From Bacteroidetes bacterium 2013_40CM_41_45 (lineage in GTDB: Bacteria; Bacteroidota; Bacteroidia; AKYH767-A; 2013-40CM-41-45), in NCBI GenBank assembly GCA_002215675.1, contig NGFH01000002.1, positions 10,452-74,451 of the forward strand: a DNA stretch of 64,000 bases. The letters run 5' to 3'. The notes under the pieces were generated by a model, which was given only the letters and a program-made list of their open reading frames with translations, was not told the origin of the DNA and ran no database searches. A program made the translations under genes and the position numbers. The stretch's first letter is position 1, and each line of letters starts with the position of its first letter. This document shows, piece after piece, positions 9,456 through 18,189 of this stretch.

Positions 9456-9918
9456 AGTTTAATATTTTTGCACATTCTTTAATAGCGTCTTCGCCCGCCG
9501 CAGAAAGCTCCGAAGGAGTAGAACCGGCACTGCCTTGCAAAAGACCATCAACCAGGATTTCATAAGCGTTGATGTAATTCAAAACAACAGAATCGCTCTT
9601 TACTCTATGGTCTAGTACAAGATGTGAATAATTAAATACTACCACCTTCTTAGCAATTTCACTTTTTTGTTCAGGTGTAAATTCTCTTCCATCATGGTAT
9701 GAAATTAATGTGGTGATTTCTGAAATAGATTTAGTAATTTCTTTAAGAGTGTTATATCTTTCATCATAAAAAGCATTGAAATATTTTCTTCTGTCAATTA
9801 TATTTTCACTATAAATAAATTGACAAACTCCGTAATATAATGTTGCCACAGATATCAGAACAGTTGCAATTTCCAGATATGTTTTTAAGCCGATACCCGG
9901 GTTTTTATTTTTTTGCAT
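9406..9918 (-). CDS. Hypothetical protein with an N-terminal TM helix and a helical domain
   Basis: 170-aa ORF with one hydrophobic helix (LEIATVLISVATLYYGV). It overlaps the next gene by 50 nt. No recognisable motif. Confidence 0.5.
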   Translation of the reverse strand: MQKNKNPGIGLKTYLEIATVLISVATLYYGVCQFIYSENIIDRRKYFNAFYDERYNTLKEITKSISEITTLISYHDGREFTPEQKSEIAKKVVVFNYSHLVLDHRVKSDSVVLNYINAYEILVDGLLQGSAGSTPSELSAAGEDAIKECAKILNYEKDTINSFNFKLLPF

Positions 9919-9949
9919 AGCTCTGTTTTTCCATAATTGCTTAACTATT

Positions 9950-10405
9950 TTAATTGGCCGTATTTGATTTTCTTCTTAATATTAATTTTTCATCTTTAGG
10001 TTTTTGCATTAATCCGTTATACCTCACAAACCAAAAGCTGTTTTTGTCAGAATCCTTTTTCAGATACTTGTATTCCCTCATGTCAGAGGGATGTTGCCAT
10101 ATTCTTATCCGTATATCGGGGCCTCGTGAAGCATCGGACCAGTTTAAATAATACTTCTCTGCACTATCTTCAATCATCAAATTATTCTGGACAATTTTTT
10201 TAAAATCTTTGAATGTATAAAGCTTTTGTTCCTCAATTGGAAATAACACTTCTAATCTCCTGGCATACCAACAGCTATCTATAAGAAATGGGATAGGGTC
10301 TTCAGGTCCATTTTGGGCAAATCCGGTTTGGATACATACGTAAATAAAAAATCCAAAAAGAAAATTAATTTTTAAATAACGTTTCACATATGTACTCATT
10401 GCCAT
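9950..10405 (-). CDS. Hypothetical secreted protein
   Basis: 151 aa with the signal-like stretch FLFGFFIYVCIQTGFAQ. No recognisable motif. Confidence 0.5.
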   Translation of the reverse strand: MAMSTYVKRYLKINFLFGFFIYVCIQTGFAQNGPEDPIPFLIDSCWYARRLEVLFPIEEQKLYTFKDFKKIVQNNLMIEDSAEKYYLNWSDASRGPDIRIRIWQHPSDMREYKYLKKDSDKNSFWFVRYNGLMQKPKDEKLILRRKSNTAN

Positions 10406-10445
10406 TATTTTTTTAGTCAGCGGCTTTTCGGAACTTCCTTTTCAT

Positions 10446-12056
10446 TTACGTTAAACTTTCTTCACCTGTCTTGTTCTTAATTTTTCGCAACAGGTCATCT
10501 GGACTCAATGCTTCTGCTTCCGTTGCATTATTGGGATTGTTTAAACTATTTTTTCTATCCTGTTTAAATTTCGGCCAGCTAAATGCCCGGAACCTGCTTT
10601 CGCGCCCGTCAATCCATACATTGCCTCCAAGGAAAAATGTTCTTGCAGCTTCAGCGCCTTTTCTGAATAACTTCACTTTTGTCTCGTCGTCAAGACCGAA
10701 ATCGAGCCAGTTAAATTTTTCTGCATCAATATGCCCGATGCACTTTTCATAGACTTCGTTCTTTTTAAGAAAATCTTTGTCATAGTAGTAGCGAACGGTA
10801 TTGAATATTTTGCCGATGAATGAAAAAAAGCTGGCTCTCTTTTTCTCAATCTCATTTCCGCTGAGATGTTTTTCATCCTCGAGCTTTACACCCAGGGTCG
10901 GCATACGCGCAATTTTTATATTAGGGTTATGAAAAATATTGATGGGAAAGTTGGACAGAATTCCACCATCAACAAACCTGACTGTGTACGCGTGTTTTGC
11001 CTTTTGCCGCTCTTTTATTTTTTCATATTGCTCACCTACCAGTTGGCTCTGCTGTATTTTACTGGTACTGATTATTTCTTCACCTACATCCACCTTAAAG
11101 GGCGAAAAGAAAACAGGTATAGACATGGAAGCTCTTACATAATCAGAAGGGTTTACCTGTAAAGGTTCATTCCAGTAATCTTTAGCCATCAGCGGAAATT
11201 CAACCTTGGTCTGATTTGTTATGTCGCTGGCAATGATGGTCAAATACGGATGCTGAATAGTTGTATTCGCTTCGCTTGCCGGCCGCTCAGCATCATTCCT
11301 TAGCTGCAATCCCTCAAAATGTTTTGCCATTGCATTGTTAAGGTCATTTGTGGAGTGAATATTATTTCTACTCAGAATATCTTTAATCCAATTTCTGAAA
11401 TTGTTTCCGGGATTCACGCCAAATCCTGCCTTATCGAATTTCAAAACATACACAGCAGCTATTACACCATATAGGATGATGACAGAGCTGGAAACAATGA
11501 TTAACCACGACAAAATATTTTTGAAGGATTCTGAAAAATTAAAGAGCGTCAGAACCGAAGATACCAATGCAGTTATTAAAGAGCCGATAAACAGCCTCAA
11601 CAAAAAATTTAATCCCGATTTATTATTTACAAATAGCCGGATAAGAAATTTCCCAAACTTGCTGCCGTCCACCAATCGCCACAAATCATAATTCAGCATC
11701 TCGTGAAGTATGATTTCACTTTTTGTTTCATAGCTGCTGTATTCCTGCCGGTTTTTTTTGTCAACGGAAGCCAGCATAATGGTATTAATGGCTCCGGCAC
11801 TTGTTCCGGCAAGTTTTAAAAAGCGAAACCCGAGCTTTTCAAGAACATAGGTATAACCCACTAAAGCAACGCCAAGAACTCCTCCGCCTTCCTGAACATA
11901 ATTTACATATTGATATTCTTTCCCGTTCTCCTCTTTATAAATATCGGAGTAAGCCGCCATTTTTCCGGACGGGAAAACTTCTTTTTCAATTTCTTTTATG
12001 ATACCCGCAACTCCCGATTCGTATAAAAAATCTTTAACATTTTTTTTCGATTTCAT
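10446..12056 (-). CDS. Patatin-like phospholipase with hydrophobic (TM-like) insertion
   Basis: Oxyanion GGGVLG, nucleophile elbow GTSAG and catalytic Asp in DGGILSNFP. Two long hydrophobic stretches (LFIGSLITALVSSVLTLF, LIIVSSSVIILYGVIAAVYVL) lie between the Ser and Asp motifs. Confidence 0.85.
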   Translation of the reverse strand: MKSKKNVKDFLYESGVAGIIKEIEKEVFPSGKMAAYSDIYKEENGKEYQYVNYVQEGGGVLGVALVGYTYVLEKLGFRFLKLAGTSAGAINTIMLASVDKKNRQEYSSYETKSEIILHEMLNYDLWRLVDGSKFGKFLIRLFVNNKSGLNFLLRLFIGSLITALVSSVLTLFNFSESFKNILSWLIIVSSSVIILYGVIAAVYVLKFDKAGFGVNPGNNFRNWIKDILSRNNIHSTNDLNNAMAKHFEGLQLRNDAERPASEANTTIQHPYLTIIASDITNQTKVEFPLMAKDYWNEPLQVNPSDYVRASMSIPVFFSPFKVDVGEEIISTSKIQQSQLVGEQYEKIKERQKAKHAYTVRFVDGGILSNFPINIFHNPNIKIARMPTLGVKLEDEKHLSGNEIEKKRASFFSFIGKIFNTVRYYYDKDFLKKNEVYEKCIGHIDAEKFNWLDFGLDDETKVKLFRKGAEAARTFFLGGNVWIDGRESRFRAFSWPKFKQDRKNSLNNPNNATEAEALSPDDLLRKIKNKTGEESLT

Positions 12057-12070
12057 CTTGATATTTTTTT

Positions 12071-13096
12071 TTAGGTGACTATGTGTTCAATTACGGGTGG
12101 CTGTTCGAAATATTTTTTTGCAACATCAAAACCATGGTTCAGATATTTTTTCATCTCCACCGGGTCGAACTCCAATCCTCCCATTCCCTTTAAGATATAA
12201 TCGGGATAAAATACTTTCATGTTGATGAGTTTTTTTCCGGCAAAAGGATTACCCGGCAAGTCGAACATCTGGTCAATTGCTGCCGCAGAAAGCGTACTGT
12301 TTGCAGCAATATTTTTTTTCACTTCATTAATATATTGAAGCGACTTATTGTACAACGTTGGAATTAAAATATCATTCTCTCCTACATCGTCAGAGAAAAG
12401 TGCGAGCGTCCTTAACAATATATCGAATATACTTTTGTATTCTTTATTCGCTTCGGGTTCAACTTCGGGAGACAAGTACACAACATAAATATCGGTGACT
12501 CCATTATCCAATGCAACCCTGATAGGAGCATATTCGCGGACTCCTCCGTCAACATACTGCCTGGGAGCAGCATCGGTCGAGCGGATTTTTATGGGAGGAG
12601 TAAAAACGGGCTGGTCTGCCGAAGCAACAATGGCACGAATCATTTCATCCCAATCTTTAAGCTTAATAACATCATATCCGCCCGGTGCAATCATATCTTT
12701 ATTTGAAAAGTGAACCACCCTTCCGGTCTGCAGACAAACGGATGCAAAGAATACCTGCGTATCGGAGCTCATTAAACTATCAAAAACATTCTGAGGATAA
12801 TTTTGCCGTACTACGTTAATAAGAGGCCCTACATCAAATAAAGAATTATTCATGATGACTCGCTTGGAAATATCTCCTTTAAGAATAATGTCTTCGGTCT
12901 TCATGGTGGTATAAATTCTTTCTAAAGCCGCCACATTTCTGAGTGCAGCAAACGGAGCAATGAGCGCGCCTGTGCTTGTTCCGCAAATGATGTCAAACTT
13001 AATTTCCGGTTTATTCAATATGATGTACTTGAGTACGCCCACAGCGAATGAGCCCTTAGCTCCACCACCACTAATTACCAATGCATTTTTTGCCAT
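12071..13096 (-). CDS. Patatin-like phospholipase
   Basis: SGGGAKGSF oxyanion motif, GTSTGAL nucleophile elbow and DGGVREYAP Asp motif. 341 aa. Confidence 0.9.
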   Translation of the reverse strand: MAKNALVISGGGAKGSFAVGVLKYIILNKPEIKFDIICGTSTGALIAPFAALRNVAALERIYTTMKTEDIILKGDISKRVIMNNSLFDVGPLINVVRQNYPQNVFDSLMSSDTQVFFASVCLQTGRVVHFSNKDMIAPGGYDVIKLKDWDEMIRAIVASADQPVFTPPIKIRSTDAAPRQYVDGGVREYAPIRVALDNGVTDIYVVYLSPEVEPEANKEYKSIFDILLRTLALFSDDVGENDILIPTLYNKSLQYINEVKKNIAANSTLSAAAIDQMFDLPGNPFAGKKLINMKVFYPDYILKGMGGLEFDPVEMKKYLNHGFDVAKKYFEQPPVIEHIVT

Positions 13097-13120
13097 CTTT
13101 AAAGTATTGAAGCGAGTTAA

Positions 13121-13663
13121 TTAATTTCCAAAAGGGTCGTTCGACTTAGCGTTTTGTTTCTTATTAAAGAATACCGAGAGGTTGAGGCCAATCTTTGAAG
13201 TGAACCAGACTTTTTGTGACTGAGCTTCGTATTGCGGGTGAACGGATAACTCCAACGGATTGAGAGCTGCCGCAATTCCCATTCCGATAAGATTTCTTTT
13301 ATCCAGTGAGTATGAATACTCAGGATAAAGCCAGTAATTAAATATGTTTCCTAATCCTCCAGACTTATTGAGACGGTACCCGATTCGAATTCCAAAACTC
13401 CAGTCGTCACCGGGGTTAGAATTAAAATAATTAACCACAATTCCCGCCCTCCACTTATTCATTTTTTTTGCCTGGAATGATTTCATGGGTGCAACAGAGA
13501 AAGCAAGAAGGTAGTGCGTAAAATCTTCTGCTTTCATAAATCCCTGGCCGAATTCAACAGGCATCGCAAAATTTTCTTTCTCCTCTCCAACCTGCGCTTT
13601 GCAAACGTTGAATGAACCAGGAGAATAACTTGCAAGGATTATGATGAGGATTTTTTTGTTCAT
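13121..13663 (-). CDS. Hypothetical secreted beta-rich protein
   Basis: Signal-like N-terminus and alternating beta-strand-like pattern. Its start overlaps the upstream stop (TGATG junction at 13661-13665). Confidence 0.5.
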   Translation of the reverse strand: MNKKILIIILASYSPGSFNVCKAQVGEEKENFAMPVEFGQGFMKAEDFTHYLLAFSVAPMKSFQAKKMNKWRAGIVVNYFNSNPGDDWSFGIRIGYRLNKSGGLGNIFNYWLYPEYSYSLDKRNLIGMGIAAALNPLELSVHPQYEAQSQKVWFTSKIGLNLSVFFNKKQNAKSNDPFGN

Positions 13664-14322
13664 CAGTCATGCGGCATCAACCTTGCTTTTGGCGAAGACA
13701 GTTTCCATGTGTAATGTTTGCGTACTTCCTGCATTACTTCCTGCTTTGCCTTGATCGTGTCTCTGTCAACTTTTAATTGCTCTGTTTTGTTTTTAAGCAA
13801 GTTTGAAATTTCATAAACAGAATGAAAGCCGGGATACGCTTGTTCTGCCTTTTCAAAATTTCTCTGCGCTTCCTTTAAATCCCCACGTTCGATTAATTCC
13901 AGGCCCTTGTTTTCATATAGATGTGCTGCCTCAGCATGTGAAGTCAAAGGGTTGTTCTTTAATGAGTCCATAAATGAATTTGCATCATACGTTTTGGCTG
14001 CTTCAGATATTTGCTTGTAAACGGTATCGTTTCCCAGCTGAAGTGCGGTTGCGGCCTCGCTCAGGTAATGGTTATTGATAAGCAATATCAATGTGTCGGC
14101 AAATGCCCTGTCATCTATCAACTGGGGAATAAGCTTGGATAAAGCAAATGCTTTGGCAGCGTTGTTCGAATCGAATGCTTCGTTAAGTACCTGGTCTGTA
14201 AATTTTATTTTATCAAAGTTGCGCTGCTTCTCTTGCAGGGTTGTGTTAATTTTAAAACCAAAAAAGGCGAGCACCATGGGGACAATAACAATCTGAAGAA
14301 TAAATTTTAAGTTTTCTTTCAT
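13663..14322 (-). CDS. Hypothetical protein with an N-terminal TM helix and a helical (TPR-like) domain
   Basis: 219 aa with TM helix ILQIVIVPMVLAFFGF. The C-terminal part (YENKGLELIERGDLKEAQRNFEKAEQAYPGF) looks like a TPR-type repeat. Confidence 0.5.
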   Translation of the reverse strand: MKENLKFILQIVIVPMVLAFFGFKINTTLQEKQRNFDKIKFTDQVLNEAFDSNNAAKAFALSKLIPQLIDDRAFADTLILLINNHYLSEAATALQLGNDTVYKQISEAAKTYDANSFMDSLKNNPLTSHAEAAHLYENKGLELIERGDLKEAQRNFEKAEQAYPGFHSVYEISNLLKNKTEQLKVDRDTIKAKQEVMQEVRKHYTWKLSSPKARLMPHD

Positions 14323-14468
14323 AGTAAAGTGATTAGCAGATATAATTGGTTGGAGCTATCCAGTAACTCGTCCTGTTCAATTAAAATTGCTAATTCTTGA
14401 ATCAGATATCCGAGCACCAAGCACAACTGAATTTCTTCGGGGCTAAGTATTGAATCATTTTGAATCAT
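14319..14468 (-). CDS. Possible 49-aa acidic small ORF, translationally coupled to the next gene
   Basis: Hand-translated as MIQNDSILSPEEIQLCLVLGYLIQELAILIEQDELLDSSNQLYLLITLL. Its TGA overlaps the downstream ATG in an ATGA junction at 14319-14322. It is below the size cutoff of the ORF track. Confidence 0.35.
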   Translation of the reverse strand: MIQNDSILSPEEIQLCLVLGYLIQELAILIEQDELLDSSNQLYLLITLL

Positions 14469-14504
14469 AAAAAGAATTTCGGGTAATGATTTCGGATGTG
14501 ATGG

Positions 14505-15410
14505 TTAATTCAAAGCGGCAACGATGACCATTTCATAAGGCAGATTCCATTTCAGCATAAAGGGTTTATCACTGCTATGCCTTGCCCGGTATGATACAAG
14601 AGCTAAATCAATTCGCGGGATTCCAACCACACGCATGCGGTCGCCGGGCTGAAGATTCCGGATACGTTTTTCCGCAGAAGATTCTTTAATGAAAATCATT
14701 CTGACTTTTTGAACTATAACATCGTTGTTATTGTCGAGCACCGAGCAGAAAAACATTCTTGAATCATCGTCTGTGTGCGCCTGCTCGGAAAGAATTTCAA
14801 TTTTAAATTTCACATAATTGTAACCCACTCCTTTGGTGAGCATGGTAATTGTATTGTCATGCGGAATAATTTCAAAAGAAGTGCCTTCATATTTTGCAAA
14901 TGCTTCGCTCGCATTTTTGTATGTAAACCCTTCAATGGGTTTTAAGCTCTTAAGCAGGTCAATGTTATCTGCTTTAAGAACAGGATGAATTTCAAAAACA
15001 TGCGGAGGGTTAGTTGTAGTTATCTTATCTATATGTTCTCCCTGCACCTGTTCATCGCTGCCGGAATGTTCGCACCAGATTCTCCATACACCTGTCATAT
15101 CTGTGGGCTGCCCTGATGTTTCTTTACCATGTATTAGAGTTGTAGCATTTTTTTGCTGGGGTAATCCGGCGTTCATAATTTCTGCAACAATGGGAAGGCC
15201 GATCGCAGCATCTCTGCCTGCAATGTGCATGTCGCCGTCTTTGGCTGCAGGGTTTGCTGTTTTATGCGCCTTGTCTACAAAAAAGTTTGCATGAACGGTA
15301 GCGCGGTTCTTTATGCTGTCGATAAAAGAAGTTCGCAGCGTAATTTCTATCTGGGCGCAAACGCCTTCGGTGAGCAGCAGGAAACTGATGAGATAAAATA
15401 GTTTTTTCAT
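14505..15410 (-). CDS. Hypothetical secreted protein
   Basis: 301 aa with signal peptide MKKLFYLISFLLLTEGVCAQ. No motif recognised. Confidence 0.55.
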   Translation of the reverse strand: MKKLFYLISFLLLTEGVCAQIEITLRTSFIDSIKNRATVHANFFVDKAHKTANPAAKDGDMHIAGRDAAIGLPIVAEIMNAGLPQQKNATTLIHGKETSGQPTDMTGVWRIWCEHSGSDEQVQGEHIDKITTTNPPHVFEIHPVLKADNIDLLKSLKPIEGFTYKNASEAFAKYEGTSFEIIPHDNTITMLTKGVGYNYVKFKIEILSEQAHTDDDSRMFFCSVLDNNNDVIVQKVRMIFIKESSAEKRIRNLQPGDRMRVVGIPRIDLALVSYRARHSSDKPFMLKWNLPYEMVIVAALN

Positions 15411-15476
15411 GGTGGTTTGATTTTATGTTGTTTACTCTCTTGCCGGATTTAAGTATTTGTAAAAACGATTTTGGTA

Positions 15477-15698
15477 TTATCCTTTTTCTTTTTCAAGTAT
15501 TTCACGGTCTTTTTTCATCTGTTCCTGGTTGGAATTAGGACTGGGTTCACTGAACTTGCTCCAAATCCATAAAACCAGTAACCCACCTATGACTGTAATA
15601 ATTATCCTTCTAATAAATGAGTCATTTTTCTTTTTCGGAGATATTCTTTTTTGTTGCCCGACGAAAACTTTTGTTGTTTGGGTATTTTTATTTTCCAT
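15477..15698 (-). CDS. Small single-pass membrane protein (hypothetical)
   Basis: 73 aa with a central helix IIITVIGGLLVLWIW flanked by charged tails. Confidence 0.4.
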   Translation of the reverse strand: MENKNTQTTKVFVGQQKRISPKKKNDSFIRRIIITVIGGLLVLWIWSKFSEPSPNSNQEQMKKDREILEKEKG

Positions 15699-15743
15699 GG
15701 CTCTTAATTTTTTCTTAACAGAATTTCACTCACATATCAACAT

Positions 15744-15770
15744 GCTGCCGGAAGTATGAATTCCGGCAGC
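15744..15770 (-). terminator. Hairpin downstream of the peptidase gene (possible terminator or attenuator)
   Basis: Perfect 10-bp stem GCTGCCGGAA / TTCCGGCAGC with a 7-nt loop, 29 nt after the stop. No clear U-tract. Confidence 0.35.
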
Positions 15771-15798
15771 GTATTGTCATTCAAATCCTTTCAAAAAA

Positions 15799-16764
15799 TC
15801 AAACATCAAAATTTCCTGTTGCTATATATGAGGCCGAATTGAGCGTCCAGAAATCTTCAGCCAGGTCTTTTATGATAAAATCATAAGGCATCCAGAGGTA
15901 ACCTCCAAAGGGCCCCCAATTTCCCCACGAGTTTCGTATCAACAGCGCTCCGGTTGTTATCGGAGAACCCGGAATGGAATTCTGAATCTTTATAGTATCA
16001 TCATAACCAACAGCTACAACAGCATGTCCTCCTAAAAATGGGTCGCCCGATGCTGCCGGGAAAGGGACTTTGCCCGTTACATGTGCCTGGTAAAAAGAAT
16101 TATAAACACTGAACCCGAACATGCTCGGAAACCCTGCAGCAAGGTTATTCCTGACATTGTTTAACAATTGAGCCGGTGAAGTTCCAACCGGATCCAGGCG
16201 ATAATATTTTACCGCTTTAAAATTGCCGGCAAAGCTGTAGCAGAATGCGGGTGGTTCTACATCAAAAGCCGGTATGCTATACTTCCAGAATTTTTCCGGC
16301 GGCACACCAAACAAAACCATTGCGCCCATGGTATTCCGGAGGTAGGCACCGGTATCGCCCGCTACCTGCATATAATTGCGCGTGGTTTTGTACAAGAAAA
16401 GACGCGAGGCATTAATATAATTGCCAAAAGCCCTTCGTTGATAATATTCAATCAGCCCAACTCCGGCATTGGCTGTGCAGGAACCAAGCGCACCTTGGTT
16501 TTCAATAGGCGAACACCATGGCCTTAAATCGACCGAAACCGGAAGAGCCGGCAACGCTCCGTTTTCGAACCTTGTTCCTTTGAATATTGCTCTTATTTCA
16601 TTGTGCCCAAGATGATAATCTCTGAAATCAGGATGGTCGGGCAACCATCCCATGCTTAATTTCTGACTCATGTCAATTCCTTCGACGGAAGGGGTTGGAT
16701 GGCCATCTCTTTTTAACGTCTCTGCTGCTTTGCTTACAGCTTTGACCTTTTCAATTGTTTCCAT
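15799..16764 (-). CDS. Papain-family (C1) cysteine peptidase, no signal peptide
   Basis: Catalytic Cys context NQGALGSCTANA, His context GGHAVVAVGYDD and the NSWG..WG motif. The N-terminus is hydrophilic. Confidence 0.85.
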   Translation of the reverse strand: METIEKVKAVSKAAETLKRDGHPTPSVEGIDMSQKLSMGWLPDHPDFRDYHLGHNEIRAIFKGTRFENGALPALPVSVDLRPWCSPIENQGALGSCTANAGVGLIEYYQRRAFGNYINASRLFLYKTTRNYMQVAGDTGAYLRNTMGAMVLFGVPPEKFWKYSIPAFDVEPPAFCYSFAGNFKAVKYYRLDPVGTSPAQLLNNVRNNLAAGFPSMFGFSVYNSFYQAHVTGKVPFPAASGDPFLGGHAVVAVGYDDTIKIQNSIPGSPITTGALLIRNSWGNWGPFGGYLWMPYDFIIKDLAEDFWTLNSASYIATGNFDV

Positions 16765-16806
16765 ATTAATTTGGATTTAATGTTTTGCCTGCTCTTTGTT
16801 TGGATT

Positions 16807-16845
16807 CCCGCCTGCCATTGCGGTAGGCATTAACAATGGCGGGCC
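16807..16845. repeat. GC-rich REP-like hairpin (CCTGCC..CATTG / CAATG..GGC family)
   Basis: CCCGCCTGCCATTG ... CAATGGCGGGCCGG. Related copies are at 26050-26088, 37390-37430 and 46945-46984. Confidence 0.6.
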
Positions 16846-16948
16846 GGTTTGGATTATTCCATTTATGTTTTTGCAATCATTGTCGTTTTATTTTTCGTCA
16901 ATAAAAAATGAAGGAGGTAAAGGAATATATAAAAAAATTTATTTCCAT

Positions 16949-17020
16949 TAGGGGAAACCCTAGTTTTTGATGTTTGAAAAACATTAGGGTTTTCCCTAAT
17001 TCGTACTAGGGTTTTCCCTA
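16949..17020. promoter_or_regulatory. Three copies of a 14-bp palindrome TAGGG-N4-CCCTA (putative operator cluster)
   Basis: TAGGGGAAACCCTA at 16949-16962 and TAGGGTTTTCCCTA at 16985-16998 and 17007-17020. They lie in the divergent intergenic region between the peptidase gene and the 17228 operon. Confidence 0.5.
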
Positions 17021-17227
17021 GTATTTTTTTTTGCAAGAATTTCTTAAAATCGGCTGAAGCTCTTTATTGACGGTAGGTTCAGAGATAATTTCATGTCTGC
17101 TGTTTCCGGAGGCGTGCGCCTGAATTTCAGGCGTCTGCAATTCCTCAATATATTTATCCGCGAAAAGAAATGTATTCGTTTAACCCGTCTGCCAAAAGCA
17201 GGCATTAACAAAAAATAAAAGAAAAAA

Positions 17228-17539
17228 ATGTTTACTGGAAATGAAGACCATCACATCCCATTATCGGATGCATCAGCAATGACAAAAGCGTACCGAATGA
17301 GCGTACCGGATGGTTCGCGCAAAGGAGGATATTTCGGAAGAGCTGCCATTGAATCCATTCTCGCCCAGCAGGGCTGTGTCGGAATCCGCTATTATCACGG
17401 CGTCAATGCAGCCCATGAACCTGTTATCATACTTGTGGGAGTAGATAGGGATGAGAATGATTTGTATACCGGCGAATTGATGGAATTTGCTGAGCCTTGC
17501 CCCACACGGTGCTCTTCAAGCAACCCTTTGAACGCATAA
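17228..17539 (+). CDS. Hypothetical 103-aa protein, first gene of a two-component operon
   Basis: ORF with no recognised motif, co-directional and closely spaced with the membrane protein, kinase and regulator genes. Confidence 0.5.
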   Translation: MFTGNEDHHIPLSDASAMTKAYRMSVPDGSRKGGYFGRAAIESILAQQGCVGIRYYHGVNAAHEPVIILVGVDRDENDLYTGELMEFAEPCPTRCSSSNPLNA

Positions 17540-17553
17540 GATGAAAATAGATA

Positions 17554-18189
17554 TTGAAAGACATTGATTTTATTTCTGCAGTTTCCATACTGCTTCCGCT
17601 CATTGCGGGATTATTCCGGTTTAAATTATCGGGCAATGATTTCAGATGGTTGTTTATTTTTTTTCTTATAAGCGCCATCACAGAATTCATAGCCCATTCT
17701 TTAAAAAGAAATGGGGTAAATAATTTATGGCTCGGTAATATTTTCTTCCTGCTCGAATATGTTTTCTGGAGTTTCATAATTGCACAATGGCTTCATTCAA
17801 AAAAGATACGCTTATTCATTTTTATTTTCCTGCCGGCATATTTTATCATTTGGTGCGTTACTACTTTTATGGTGCTTGACTTTTATATGTTTAACAGTTA
17901 TGCCAGGACTATCGAAAGTTTGGTGTTTGTTTTTCTTTCGTGCTTTTTGCTCATTGCCGTGAGTACAGACACTACCCAGTTAATATTTAAAAATCCGAAA
18001 TTCTGGTTTGGTTCGGCACTGTTAATTTATTTTTCTGTTAATCTTATTGTATTCGGTACAGCCAATTATATTTCTTCGAATCAAGAACAATTAATGAATA
18101 ATACCTGGATTATACACTCATTCACAAATATTTTTGCTAATTTGCTTTTCGCTATAGGATTCCTATGCATCAGGCAGAAAGCAATATGA
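17554..18189 (+). CDS. Polytopic membrane protein (about 6 TM), probable sensor module partner of the kinase
   Basis: 211 aa, almost entirely hydrophobic helices. The stop overlaps the kinase ATG in an ATGA junction at 18186-18189. Confidence 0.6.
   Translation: MKDIDFISAVSILLPLIAGLFRFKLSGNDFRWLFIFFLISAITEFIAHSLKRNGVNNLWLGNIFFLLEYVFWSFIIAQWLHSKKIRLFIFIFLPAYFIIWCVTTFMVLDFYMFNSYARTIESLVFVFLSCFLLIAVSTDTTQLIFKNPKFWFGSALLIYFSVNLIVFGTANYISSNQEQLMNNTWIIHSFTNIFANLLFAIGFLCIRQKAI

Noticed and set aside
17427-17777. A 116-aa minus-strand ORF spanning the junction of the 103-aa gene and the 6-TM gene.
   Set aside because: It is antisense to two co-directional ORFs that fit an operon with the kinase and regulator, and it has no motif.
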